NCBI GenBank assembly: GCA_964016885.1
Contig: OZ024740.1
Span: forward strand, 101,742,001 to 101,806,000
Direction of reading: 5' to 3'
From: Eledone cirrhosa
Taxonomy: Eukaryota
Length of the DNA stretch: 64,000 nt
This document shows positions 39,471 through 52,681 of the stretch, piece by piece. The notes under the pieces are model-generated. The model was not told the DNA's origin. It saw only the letters and a list, made by a program, of their open reading frames with translations, and made no database searches. A program made the position numbers and the translations under genes. Positions within the stretch are counted from its first letter, which is position 1. Each line of letters opens with the position of its first letter.

Positions 39471-39619
39471 TACCCTGTCTTTTCTCAATTGATTTCATTA
39501 TTTGCCCATATTTTTATTATAAAAATATATCACAGTTTTCTCCCTGCTCAATTTTTCTCTCTCTTTCATGCACACCAACATTACATATCAAATAAAGCAT
39601 GATCATTATTTTTCTTATT

Positions 39620-40080
39620 TTTTTCTAGTTTTCGCAAATTCTCTGCATTCAAGACCATTATATACAGCATTGCATTGTGTAGTCAAGCATCATACTACCT
39701 CTCTTTAACTTTGATAGAGAAACCCTTTGTTATCAGTTGGTGTAACAGATCTCTGAATCTTACACTGACTACTTTACTTTCAGAACACCAACATCTACTC
39801 CTAATTATATCACGTAAGCAAAAATATCTATCAACTATATCTGGGAAGCCTTTGAGAAATTGAAAGGTTTCTATATTACATGTTGCTCTTATTGCTTACT
39901 GCTGTTTTGCAACTACTGCATACAAACTGTATTTTCTCTGTTAGCCTGTCTGAGATTAAACTGGATATTCTTTTTCTGCATTTGAAATCACATCCATTTT
40001 ACTGATAAGCACAGTCCTCACACCTTTCTTACTCGCAAAATTTTAGTTTTTGCTAAGTATATTCTCTAAACATACAACAG
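39620..40080 (-). pseudogene. Degraded RTE fragment
   Basis: Recognisable similarity to the PHD/YLGD/KGFSL region of the intact RTE. Confidence 0.55.
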
Positions 40081-40239
40081 ACTCAACTATAAAAACTAAG
40101 CTACTGCCACCTAAACAATGGCTATATTCCATTCCAACTACACTTCCAATCGTTTTACTTTCAAACAAACCTTGCTTATTCCTGCTATCCCCTTAGATAA
40201 ATTTCTCTATAAATTTCATGTATAAACTTCACTGATTAA

Positions 40240-40568
40240 ATCGACCCATCAGGATGAAGGGCAAAGCTAACCTCAGTGGGATTTGAACTCAGAAGGTAAA
40301 GGGCCGTAACTCTATGCTGCAAAGTAAGGTGTCCAACACTCTACCGATTCTGCCAATTCTCTATCCTTAATAATAATTATTATTTCTACTTTTGGCACAA
40401 GGCCAGCAATTATCCCAGTGCATTACTGGTACTTTATGTCATCGACCCCATAAGGATGAAAGGCAAAGTTAACCTCGGCGGGATTTGAACTCAGACCATA
40501 AAGGACCGTAACTCTTTGCTGCAAAGCATGGCGTCTAACCCTCTACCGATACTGCCAATCCACCGTCC
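40240..40568 (-). mobile_element. Two tandem SINE family A copies
   Basis: 40240-40365 (partial) and 40380-40568 (full length). Confidence 0.88.
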
Positions 40569-40599
40569 TAATTAATAATAATAATAATAGTAATAATAA

Positions 40600-43500
40600 T
40601 GCTTCCTTTATTAACCACAAGGGTTGACACAAAGTATAACAATAAGGACAACACAGGACAATACAAATGGGCATTTCTGCGTGTAAAAAAACAAAAACAA
40701 GTGTGACAAAAGGAAACAATGAAAAATTCCCAATAGGGGAGAGACCTCCGAGGGTTGCTCTGAGAGAAAGCCCACAAGAAAAGCCACGGTTACCCAGACC
40801 GCTAGGGCAAATGCCCTCTTCCAGTTTTCCTCCTACAATGCTACAGGCACATGCTCAGGGTAGACCCATTCACACGGGCCATTCTTGCCTCTCTCACCCA
40901 CCTTTCAACAAACTGGCTGGAGGTCAAACTTCCCTCTCTACCCTGATTTTCCTCTTCAGGTGAAACCTGAAAAAGTTAATGAGGGCGTCACTGAAGAGGA
41001 AAGTCCCGGTCCTCAACCCTTACAGATGTGTCCACCATACAATCTCTTTTACGAAGGCCACCAGGCAGATAAAAACTGCCTGCCCTTCTCAGCTAAAAGA
41101 AGGCGGCGGGGCAGTTTTCACGATGGACTCAGCTGATAGCCGGATCCGTTCTACACGTGACAGCAGGTGTTCGGCATAAACCCACAAATCAGCAATGCTC
41201 GGACACTGGACTAGTGCATGCAGGACGGTTGCATTACCCTGTGCACATCTCGGACAGGCTTGGCTGACGGCAATTCCATGCCTGTAGAGTTTATCCCGAA
41301 CTGGCAATGCTCCTCGGTAGCACTGCGAGGCCAAGGATTTCTGGAATGTCCATGGGCCCCAGCCTGAAAGTTCTCCCGAAGAGATTGGCTAGTTGGTTTT
41401 TGTCGACGCCTAGAGTCTCCCCAAGGACGTCGTTGCTCTTTCCTTCCACTAATCCTCTATAGAAAGCCAAGGTGGAGTTTCCAGTTGCTCGACTGGTCGA
41501 GGGCTGTAAGCACCTGAAGACTTTCTAGTCTCCAAGCGCTTCCCCTCGGTCTTCGCTTGACTCAGGACTGCAGCTCCGCCAAGGAGACAGGCTGGGGAAA
41601 CATGTGTCTAGCAAAGGGTGACCACACCTGATCACCATCGAGGAAGTGGTGGAGATGCCGTAGCCTGAGCGCGTGTCTGTGCATCATCAGCCACGGCATG
41701 CCCAGCCCTCCGCGTAGCGGGTGGTGACAGCAGATGGACCGCTTGACCATTGGAGCATGTCCCTTCCACAAAAAAGTGAAAGAGCAAACGCTCCAGTGCA
41801 GTCAGGCGAGGCTTAGGACAAGGCACGACAGTCAGGCGGTAGTAGATGACGGACGTGATGTACGCATTCGCCACCTTCGCTCGACCTTTCAGGGATAGCT
41901 TCCTCTCAGCTCATTTCTGGGTGAGAGAAAACACCTTGCTCGTGATCTCCTCCCAGTTTTTGTCCATCTGGAGGTCTGGACCGAACCAGACCCCTAGCAA
42001 TTTAACCGGTATGTCTGTCCAGTGCCCGACGACGCTGTTGGGCAGCATGGACCTGCCTCTCTAGGTGCCGAGTTGCAGGCCTACTGATTTTTCCTGGTTG
42101 ATCATTGCTCCTGTCACTACGTCGTATTCTCTTAGTGTGGTGCTGATTGCCTCAATGTGTTTGGTGTTCGACACCACTATGGTGATGTCGTCTGCATAAG
42201 CTGACACTCTTCTTCCGCATCCTAGTTCACATGGGACCCCCCTCAACGTCTCCAGTTTGTGCAGTAATGGCTCAAGAGTCAATACGTACAACAAGGATGA
42301 GAGAGGACATCCTTGGCGGATCGAGCGCATGATGTTGAACGGTTCCAAAAGGTGACCGTTCACTCTCACCACAGAGCAGGTGTCCCTGTGCATGGCAGCA
42401 ATCCAGCCTCTGAAAACAGGCCCAAAGCCAGCTGCTCTTAGGACTGCTGCCAGATAATGATGGTCGACCCTATCGAAAGCTTTTGTCTGATCTAAATTGA
42501 TCAAAGACCCACCCATGCCAGGTTCCCTAGCTACCCTCTCTACGATGTATCGCATGAGGTAGAGGTTGTCGTGGATGGATCTGTCTGGAATGGCACATGT
42601 CTGCACCTCTCCCACCAGACCACCAACGACAAGTGCCAACCTCTTTGCTAGCACCTTAGCCAAAATCTTAAAGTCTGTGTTTAGCAGAGTTATGGGCCTG
42701 AAATTGTCTATGTTATCCCCCTTGCTTGGATCCTTTCTCAGCAGCGCCACCGCTCCTTGGCTCACAGAGCTTGGAATTCTCCCATTCGATCTGCTGCCAG
42801 TTGCAGTAGACGTCTGCCAAGAGGTCTTTGAACAAGTCTGGCATATGTATGTAAAGTTCGTAGGGCACACCATCCAAACGATGCGATTTACCCATTGTGC
42901 AGCTAGTCATTGCCTCCCGTACTTCAGCAGCAGCCTTTCGCAACACTCCACCTCAGTGACCGAGAACCACGGCAGTCCATCGAGGTAGGCACTGAAGTCC
43001 ATTCCGTGATGCGGCTCGCCATTGCCCTCCGAACAGCTGAGCAAAGTGCTGCTGAAAAGCTGCACACATCTGCCCGGGATCGAGTATCATGCGCCCGTCG
43101 TGATTTGCTAAAGACCGGATTGTGGCCCATTGAACGGCTTTTGTCCCCTCGTGTCTGAGAGCATGCACCCCAGCTCTAACAATGCAGCCTTCGTGCTTAG
43201 CATTGTAAAATTGGTCGAGAGTCAATTTTGCCGCAAGCACGTCGGTCGCGATGCCTTTACTAAGCGCCTCGTCTAATTTCTTAACTAGATTTCCTTCAGC
43301 TCTATTTTTCTGTTACTAGAGCTTTACTAAACCTAATGGATTCTATTCTAATCACTCTTTTCAGGGCAAACCACCATTTGTTGTTGACGATGGCCCCTGT
43401 CAATGCCCGCTTAACTAATTCGTTAATCCGGTCTCTGTAAGGTTTGCGCGCTGTTAACAACGCATTTAGTTTCTAGTAGCCAGGTCCCTGTCTACGAAGC

Positions 43501-44350
43501 CTATCTAAGTCAACCACACAGATCACGAATCTGTGGTCCATGTAGCTGACTATCTTGAATTGTGGACAGCCTATGCTAGATCTATCTATTTCCCTACAAA
43601 ATACTCTATCTAGATTTGATCTGGATGACCCGATACGGTTTGTCCAAGTCCACATTGGCACATTCGGGAAATCCAATCGGTACCTATCCGACAGTTTAAA
43701 ATGACTGAGTAGGTTTGTGAGGCTTTTACACCCTCCTCCCCTATCCGTTAATCCCACACAATCCCAGCGTGCATCTAAGATCCCGTTCCAGTTGCCCACT
43801 AACACTAGAGAGCAGGACGTTCCAAGAAAGGTCTCCAGACGCCGGAAGAATTCAGGCCATCCTGCTCTTATTGGGGCATAGGTGGCCACTAGCCTGAAAG
43901 CTTTTCCTTCTCCGCTAGTCATGTCCAGTACCACCAACTTACTCAGGGTAAGTTGGTGCTACCAGACTTCTCCGGAACAATACGGCCACTCCCTACCCCA
44001 GATCCAGGACGGCTTGGAGATGTGTACACCTCGTAGCCACGGAAAATGGGTGCGAATGCCCGTGCCTCGGAGATTCTGGTCTCGCTGATGGCCACCACAT
44101 CTATGTTTAGTGACCTGAGATCGTTCAGCAGGTGGCCTTGCTTCCAAGACGACCCCAGGCCACATGCATTTATGCTACCTATTCTGAGAGAAGCCATGTT
44201 GGCTAGGATAGGAGGAAAACAAGTGAGAGGGGAGAAGTACAAAAATTACCTGTGGCTCTTCTTTAGAAAGGGGGTGGGTGATCCATCCCTCCGACCATTG
44301 TGGGTTTCTCCACAAGAATATCCGTGAATATTCTTTTGGTGATGTTCCCT
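40600..44350 (-). mobile_element. L1/Tx1-clade non-LTR retrotransposon ORF2, decayed
   Basis: APE: SINACGL, AISETR, YAP, MDHRFV; RT: NFRPITLLNTDFKILAK, RQGCPLS, YADD; C-terminal CPRC..HALVQC; AATAAA and (TTA)n at the 3' end; many frameshifts. Confidence 0.9.
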
Positions 44351-44654
44351 TGGTAGTCTCCAATTGATGTGGGGAACATTTTTTTTAATGTTATGTAATA
44401 ATAGTAATTACTATTACAAGTATGGATTCAACACATTAATAAATGTTTATTGTTATTTATATACCCCTGTATCTACCATCCAGCATTAACATCTATATAT
44501 GCATGTGTGTGTTTTATATGTGCAGATATCTTTTGTTAAAATATAAACATATTTTGATGAACACTTACATTTTTCCAAACATGCTCTCAGACATAACAAA
44601 TGAGATAATGTTTGTGTTTTGCTAATGGTGTTTGTAAATAATGTTTAAACACAT

Positions 44655-44935
44655 CTGCTTGGATGGATGAATGGTCTGACACATAGGTTATAGATAGATG
44701 GATGAATGGATGGATACTTACATGTGTAGCTGGTCGGATCGATAGATGGCTGTATGGATGAATGGATAACTGGATGTGTAGATAGTATAGACAAATGGAT
44801 AGATGGGGAATACCTAGAGGGATAGGTGGATGGATGGGCAGATGGATGGATGCCTAGATATATATAGATAGATGAATGGGTGGATGGATGCCTAAATATA
44901 TAGATAGATGAATGGGTGGATGGATGAATGGATTG
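44655..44935. repeat. Degenerate (GGAT/AGAT)n microsatellite
   Basis: Direct reading. Confidence 0.85.
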
Positions 44936-45428
44936 TTAGATGCTTATTTATTTATTTCTTTGGATTGATCGATCAGTTGATTGATTGATCAATCGAGCAA
45001 GGTTATCTTGCTCAATGTTTTATAAATACACTTCCTTATCTATTAAGTGATTGCAACCAATCAGTACATAAAATGTATATAGCTTTAGCCCTGATCAGGT
45101 TACACATATTTTACATCTCCAGCTGTCAGCTTTATTACATGTATGAAAATATACTTTGTTAAGATAGAGAGAGAAAAAGAACATGGTAAGAAAATTTCAA
45201 TAAAATTGCAAAATTGTAAAAAATGATTTGTATTTAAGAGAAAATTGATACACAGCTCATGAATAGATGAACAACTGCAACAACAACAACAACTATAAAT
45301 CAGAAAAATCAATGAAAACACCTATATGTGTTTGCTTGACTTGCTAGAAATTCTTTTAATCTTTTACTAATTTTAGTTATTTAATGTGAAGTTTATGGTC
45401 CACCTGGTTCCTTACTACACTTCCTTCG

Positions 45429-45481
<53 letters not shown>

Positions 45482-45593
45482 GGACACAGGTTATTTAATT
45501 ATGGTCACACTGGAGTACAAACTTGAGTGGATTTTAATTGATCAAATCACACATATACAGAATTACATCCATGCACGCACACATACACACACA

Positions 45594-46191
45594 TGGTGGT
45601 TGCCAACTCGTTTTCGAGTACGGCCACTACTTTATATCCATCTAGGAGAACCCCTACCGATGCGCTGAACGAGTGTGACTTTTTAGTCCAGCCAGCAACT
45701 TGTACAAAACTCTGGTACAAACACTACACTTGTGACAATCATTGACAGATAGTGCAGGGCCCATGGTACCAAGTGACGACAAGTGCAGAGAGATCTCCAG
45801 ATATAAAGCAATGCCTGTGCCGTGAAGCTTTTATAGTGAGCAAAGGCACTGCACAAAGCCAGTTCCACTCTCTTAACCAAGATGATATTTACCAAAAAGA
45901 AAAACAAGTCAACATCATTGGATACCATCAGGGTTGCAGGTGTTATATCAGAGTTTTCCTTCTCCTAGAATTCTGTCTTGACAAAGGCTAAGGGGTCATC
46001 TCTCCCAGTGATTTTGGATGGCCATTGACACTTAAGAGCTCCTTTGCCCTTTGACAGGTTTTGTTTTTAGTCCTGCAGGATGTCCAAAGTCACCCTCCTC
46101 ACCAAGAAACCTTGGTGGGGTTGCCAGTTTAGTCGCCAACGACCCGACCATAAGACAGGTTGTTCTGGGATACATGTTACCACATACATAC
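45594..46191 (-). mobile_element. Non-coding retroposon (longer copy of 15741-16234)
   Basis: Inverted homolog extending about 110 bp further 5'. Confidence 0.8.
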
Positions 46192-46223
46192 ATACATACA
46201 TACATGTATATATATATATATAT

Positions 46224-46456
46224 AGTCACCCAGTCTACACTGTAAAGTGGTGGTGTATGTGTCATGACAAAAAGCACCCAGTACACAACGTAAATGTGGT
46301 TGGCGTTAGGGAGGGAATCCAGCTATAGAAACCAGGCCAAAATCAGTTCTGTGTGAGCAAAACATGGTCCTCTGACCTGGTTGTCTCACAACAGGAGGGC
46401 ACATCCTACCCATGCTTGCATGGAAAATAGACGTTAAATGATGATGATGATGATGA
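46224..46456 (+). mobile_element. RTE/SINE-type 3' tail fragment
   Basis: GGTTGGCGTTAGGGAGGGAATCCAGC..CCATGCTTGCATGG..GACGTTAAA(TGA)n. Confidence 0.75.
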
Positions 46457-46462
46457 TATATA

Positions 46463-46574
46463 TTCATTTTATGAAAGCTAAATAGTGAGTCTTGTTACTC
46501 TGAAGTTTTGCCTGTTTATAAACAGGCAAAACTCCAGAGTAACAAGACTCACTATATAGCCTTAATAAAATGAA
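46463..46574. repeat. 112-bp near-perfect palindrome with no loop
   Basis: Centre at 46518/46519; about 4 mismatches. Confidence 0.93.
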
Positions 46575-46632
46575 AATTAAAGCTACTTCAGTATTGAGTA
46601 CTCCTTTCTCTCAGCCATTAACCACATACGGG

Positions 46633-46663
<31 letters not shown>

Positions 46664-46815
46664 ATAATATTATTTAGCAGTAGCATTAACATAGCATGGT
46701 TCTTAATAGGGGTGGATATGAAAGCATATATATGTTTATGTACAATAGACATACAAAATCTTATTATGAATGCTTTAAGCTGTGATCACGTCACAGTATC
46801 TCAGTAGCTGGTGAG

Positions 46816-46860
46816 AATGCCAGACATCGTTCTGAAATTTTATCTGTCATCAGTGACATT
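46816..46860 (-). ncRNA. Decayed type I hammerhead
   Basis: Minus strand: AATGTCA-CTGATGA-CAGATAAAATTTCA-GAAC GAT GTC-TGGCATT; 7-bp stem I and GUC site intact; GAAA and stem II damaged. Confidence 0.6.
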
Positions 46861-46914
46861 TGTTCACTTGGTATAGTGACAATAATAAGTTAAAAACTTA
46901 TATATATGAATCTT

Positions 46915-47296
46915 TGTATAGTATATTTGGCAAAATACTGTATGTTTAATTAAAAACATTTTGAAGACCATACGTTATCGGTTTTAAAGTAGTGACTTAA
47001 TGTCACTTCTCTTCAATGAAAGAAGGGAGAGAAGTTAACAGTTTGTTTCATGCTGTTTGGCGATCATCAGAGCCACGCACTCCCTGCTTCCACTGAAAAT
47101 TATAGAAGCTGGATTCTTATAGAATTCCAGTAATAATCAGCAGCTGATTATACAGAGCGATTGCCAGTCCAGCAAAAATTAGGAATTAGGATTGGTGCTC
47201 TGAAATAGCGATGTATATATAAATGTATGTATAGTATATTCGGCAATATACCGTATGTTTAATTAAAGACATTTTGAAGATCATACGCTATCGGTT
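46915..47296 (-). mobile_element. Retrozyme-like unit: 69-bp terminal direct repeats (313-bp period) with an internal hammerhead
   Basis: Direct repeats at 46915-46983 and 47228-47296; hammerhead at 47033-47074; TA flanks. Confidence 0.7.
47033..47074 (-). ncRNA. Type I hammerhead, core intact, stems weakened
   Basis: Minus strand: GGCT-CTGATGA-TCGC CAAACA GCAT-GAA-ACA AAC TGT-T-AACT. Confidence 0.6.
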
Positions 47297-47395
47297 ATAT
47301 ATATATATATGTAAGTGGTCGTGTAGGAGACATGGTAAAAAGGCTCCCAGTCCACACTGTAAATGTGGTTTGTGTTAGGAAGGGCATCAAGCCGT

Positions 47396-47448
<53 letters not shown>

Positions 47449-47451
47449 TAT

Positions 47452-47932
47452 ATCATCATCATCATTTAACGTCCATCTTCCACGCTAGCATGGGTTAGAT
47501 GGGAGTTGTCCCAATTTGAGGCAAGGTTGGTCGGGGGAGCGTGTCTCGCTCATATAGGACTATCTGGCAAGTTCTCTACGGCTGGATTCCCTTCCTAACA
47601 CAAACCACATTTACAGTGTGGAACTGGGAACTTTTTACTGTGTTACCTACACGACCACATTACAGCGTGGACTGTGTGTTTTTTTTGTCGTGACACCTAC
47701 ATGATCTCGATCTCATTTTCTCATTTATTTGGACTGGATGTTGTAGTACCAACTTTACAGAGAGAGGGTGTGTTGGTGGGAGTGGGGGTAGTGGATTGGG
47801 GTATATATTTGGTTAAGAGGTGCCTACCGACTGTAGGTTTCGCTTTGTACATAGGCAAGGCGGGTCTTCTGTATTACTGCGTAGCGCCAAAGATCTCGGT
47901 CCAGTGACATTGTCTTAGAGAGGTGCAAGTGT
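47452..47932 (-). mobile_element. RTE LINE 3' end
   Basis: Homologous to 22796-23245. Confidence 0.88.
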
Positions 47933-47956
47933 GTGTATGTATATATATACACACAC

Positions 47957-47987
<31 letters not shown>

Positions 47988-47993
47988 TATATG

Positions 47994-48054
<61 letters not shown>

Positions 48055-49576
48055 TCTTTTTTTTTTTGCATATGAAACATCTTAGTACCAAATGAGTAAT
48101 GTCACCAGTGATGAGTAAAAATTTACTGTAGCTTCAGGTTTATCTCTGTAAGTAAAATTTGGTAGTCAGTAAGATAGGTGGGAGATTAGGCACTACTTTG
48201 TCTACTTAAAGTTCACTCTTAATATCCTGTTATGATTTATCAGAAAATATCTAAAAACGAGTTTGTTAATTCAAATGTCTATAGTATCTTTACTAGTGGA
48301 CAGATTCTAGTGACAACTTGCTGTTAACTAAAATAAAAACTCCATATTTTAATGTGATGCAGTCATAGTGCTATTTTATATTTGTGTGGTACATGGTTAT
48401 ATTTTGTGTGGTACAAGGTTTTAAGAGTAAAAGGTCAGTCCCACGTCCAGAGGATCCCAGTCTATCATAGGTTTATTCAAGAACACAATGCACCAGCTAG
48501 TTTAAAAATTGAACCCATGGCCTTGTGATTATGAACCTAACACCCTAACCACTCAGCTCTATGCTGTTTCTTACTTTTCCAAGAACTGGTCATAAATCAA
48601 ATGCACAACAGTGTATAGGCTTTCTCTTGGGTCATATCAACATATACATAACTAAAACCATCATTTGCCTTAACCAGAATGTAAAACTACCTACACAAAC
48701 CATAATCTTACAATCATGCCCATCATACATATGACAAAAGTCATAAATTAAATTTAAACATGTCCTTCAAAACCATACCTCAGTCCTCCCTCCTAGTATT
48801 ATGTAACTTCCATATGTTTCTAATGGTGATAATTACAAATGTTAAAACCATTATCGATAGTAAAACTGTGAGGGTGTTTCTATCATCATTGGTACTAAAA
48901 CTGTGCTAGTACTACTATTATCATTGATAGTAGAGAAGACAGTGCTGTGTTGCAAGAACAGATCAGTCACTGTTGTACTATGAAAAACAGCTCAATTTTG
49001 TCATTTGTAGCAACAGAGATGAAGGAAAATACAACAAACGCATCTGTTTTTCTTGAAAATGATAAATCAATTGTTATTTTTTTAATAACTGTCTGTAAGA
49101 TTAGATTAGCTATTTGATTAGGAATAAATAAGTTTTTGCTGATGTGTTGTGTGGAGCAGCATTTGAAACAGAAATAAATCCAGACTCCAATGTTTAATAA
49201 ACATTTTATCAACATTTTATTTTTTATTTCATTTTGTAATTTATATAGTTTTTTTTTTCACTGTTTATTTTTACAGCTGTTTAAGACATGGTCTTTAATT
49301 TTTGGTTTAAACATTTTTAGTAATGCCCATGCTGGAGCAGTGACATATTTAGAATATGTCTGTCTGTGATCAGTAAGTTCCTTTACAATACAAATTAGAA
49401 AAGAACAAAATTATCTTTAATCTTAAAGAAGGGTAAAATAACCTTAAAGATTACAGATCAAGTGAAGAGGTAAATATAAGTCAGGCAATTATTCTTGATT
49501 TAGAAAATTAGTTCAACAGTGTCATGAAACATAATTAAGGAAATCAATCATTATAAAAACTCCACTGCTACTGCTG

Positions 49577-49600
49577 ATAATAATAATAATAATAATAATC

Positions 49601-49648
<48 letters not shown>
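49577..49648. repeat. (TAA)n microsatellite
   Basis: Direct reading. Confidence 0.95.
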
Positions 49649-49651
<3 letters not shown>

Positions 49652-49862
49652 GAAACATTTTGCCATTATCAGGATCTAATTTGCAAAGGTCTGCTGTTTA
49701 AGACTAACGTTTAACCAGATTTACACTTTCCCATTGCTAGAGATTTATGTTGAAAGCTTTACAGGAATATCTCAGACTAATAGAATTGGTGTCTAGCCTG
49801 CTTCTCTCCTGCTTCCATTAAGATAGTTCTATGAAGTTAAACATTCAACTTATTTACTGCAG

Positions 49863-49907
49863 AACAAATGGATAAGGAACTTGCAATTATTGGCAATTGA
49901 AAGAGAG
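49863..49907 (+). other. Candidate 45-nt internal exon (NKWIRNLQLLAIERE)
   Basis: Acceptor TTATTTACTGCAG, donor GAG|GTGAGT, open in phase 0. Confidence 0.4.
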
Positions 49908-50938
49908 GTGAGTTTAGACATCTTTGAATAGATTAATGTTTGCAGTCTTCGGAGAATTTTCCATTTAACTAAAACAAAAAGAAAAAAAGAAATGCATCAC
50001 CATCAACATCATTATTATTATTGTCACTATCACTATTATCGTCATCAGCATTATATAATTTTTCTTTCCATTCAATAGAGGATGAATAGTTCTGCAATGT
50101 ATTTTCTTTCATTCAATAAAAGCACATCATTTTAAAGATCAACTTTACTTAGTTCATCTTTCAGTTTTCTTTCACATATGCCAGGGGTTCTCACCATTTC
50201 TGACCATTTATCCCATGGCACCTTTTCAAAAGTAAATTTATCCCAACCCATTTTGATCAGTAATTTGACTTCACATCTCTACCATAATGCAATAACTGAT
50301 AAAGGGGGAAATTTAAGATACAGACAAATAGAAAGAATAAGTAACAAGCATTCAGCCATGTTGATGTTTTCTTTCTACTTTGTCTTTCATTTCTGAATTA
50401 TACTACTACATATGTAACTCAATATTTAACCCTTCTGATGTCACTGTCTGAAACTGCCCCTTATTTTATAATACAAAACTGTTTGCTTTAAGTGCTTATA
50501 TTTATTTATCTAAAAAACCTCCATCATAATTTGAGGCTCCCTTGTTCATTCAGTTCATTCAGTTTTGTGTTTATTCATTGAGTAGGTATATCTGTTAACA
50601 CTTTTGTTACCAACCTGGTCAAAACCAGCTCTGGTTCAATGAAATAAAACAACCCATTTTAAAGGTTTCCAATAAAGGTTTCTAATTTAAATGAAAATCT
50701 TCCAATATAATCTTTTATAGGTGATCACTCAACCTGTTAGATATAACAGCTTAATATCTTTCAAAACATACCTTATCATTTTAACTATGGAAGGACAGAT
50801 TGTTTCCTAATGAATTACTCTGGAGGAAGGCGCTATACCCATCGACTTTAAAAGCACTCTGAAACTAGTGAGATCAATGCAGTTAATGTTCCAGGAGGGG
50901 TTATGATATAGGGAAAAGGAACCGGACATAGTCTCAGA

Positions 50939-51158
50939 TATATGGTTTCTGATTTAGGTACAAGGCCAACAATTGTGGGGGAGAGGAATATTGATTAAAT
51001 CAACCCCAGTGCATTACTGGTACTTTATTTTATCGACCTCATATGGATGAAAGGCAAAGCTAACCTAAGTTGGATTTGAACTCAGAATGTAATGGGCAGC
51101 AACTATATGCCACAAGACATGTTGTCTGACGCTCTACTAATACTGTCAATCTACCTGT
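50939..51158 (-). mobile_element. SINE family A with 12-bp TSD
   Basis: TSD CATAGTCTCAGA at 50927-50938 and 51159-51170. Confidence 0.88.
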
Positions 51159-51553
51159 CATAGTCTCAGAAATATAAAATATTCATCATTGTAATTTTTC
51201 ATCGTAGCCCTGCTGGATGAGGCTGACCTGGGGTTAAATATCAATAGCAACAAATAAGTTTTGTTTATAACTTAAATTTTTCAAACTATCAACCTTAGTT
51301 TTACTCTTTCTTTTTTTCTTAAGTCTTCAGAAGATGCATTTTTATTTCATATTTTTTAATATTCTTTACTGATTTTACTTATTCATCCCCAGACATGGTA
51401 GGCTATTACGTTTAAGGCTGTAAGTTTATTATATTGACTCCTGGAATATTTCAGTCTTGATCTTGTTTTATCAATCTCTATTTGTCAAACTGTTAAAATA
51501 CTAGACAAACAGAAACATCAGTTTTTAGACGGGTGTAAACAAAACTTCAGTTG

Positions 51554-51611
<58 letters not shown>

Positions 51612-52090
51612 TCATCATCATAAGCCACATTCTTCCACTGCAATAGAATGAAGAAAAGAGCCACTCGCTTCCCTTCCACTCCCACCCCACACAGAAAGAA
51701 AGAGAAAAAAAAAGAATCAAACCCAGTATTTGATTGTTTTTTTTTGTTTTATCAACCCTGAAAAAATGTTAGGCACAATTAACCTCCACAGGATTTGAAC
51801 CCAAAATGCAAGGAGCTGGAATCGATAGAGCAAAGCATTTGATTGTTAATCTAACATTTTTGGCAGTCCCTGACTTTATATATATATATATAAATATATT
51901 TTTTCAGTGTGGTCTACCCTTGGTGGTAGGGTCCGTACTGTAGATAATCTGATGGCGAGAAATCCAGTGAAGTCCATACAAGAGTTCCTTGTTCCACCGA
52001 GTTAATTCCTTAGATACAGAGTCAGATATTAGGTATTAAATTAACAATGAAAATAATAACAACAAAGTCGAGTTATTTTACCTATTCATA

Positions 52091-52220
52091 TCATTGTTTT
52101 ACGATCATTTCGGAGGGTCGATCATATTGACATATTGTCTGATCTATAGTAGTTATATAACTGTATACTATCACACCTCATATATAGGTTCGATCAGACC
52201 GTCTTCTTTGGAAACATTGA
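52091..52220 (-). ncRNA. Decayed hammerhead with long stem II
   Basis: Minus strand: TCAATGTTT-CCAAAGA-...GGTC..GACC..TCC-GAA-ATGATCGT-A-AAACAATGA. Confidence 0.5.
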
Positions 52221-52445
52221 GTGGACTGGAACAACATGAAATAAAGTGTTTTGCTCAAAGAGCCAGCATGCCACTTGGAATCGAATTCATTACCTTATGA
52301 TCATGAGCCAAATACTCTAACCACTAAGCTACATGCCTCATATATACATATTCATATGAGAAGCTCCTGCTTTAATTCTGTCTTTAAAATTTCACTGACA
52401 GTAAACACTCAGTGCACCCACAGTGGGGTTTAAATCACAGTCATA

Positions 52446-52501
<56 letters not shown>

Positions 52502-52681
52502 TACACATGTTAGGCTCTAAATCTTTAAAATCTCTATTTCTAATGCAAAGTTCAAATGCAGTTAAGTGCTTTGCCATTATCTGTCAGGTCTGCATGACCA
52601 CCTTCAGTCTACTATCTATTAACTACTAGATTAAATGAGGGAGAGGAATATTTATGTATATATATATATATTAATATGTGT

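Noticed and set aside
49366-49372. In-frame TGA in a candidate exon read as selenocysteine
   Set aside because: The exon is unproven, no SECIS element was identified and there is no selenoprotein-like context
50799-50878. CTAATGA...GAAACTAGT hammerhead relic as a functional ribozyme
   Set aside because: G5 mutated, cleavage nucleotide missing and stem II unclear; counted only as a decayed motif
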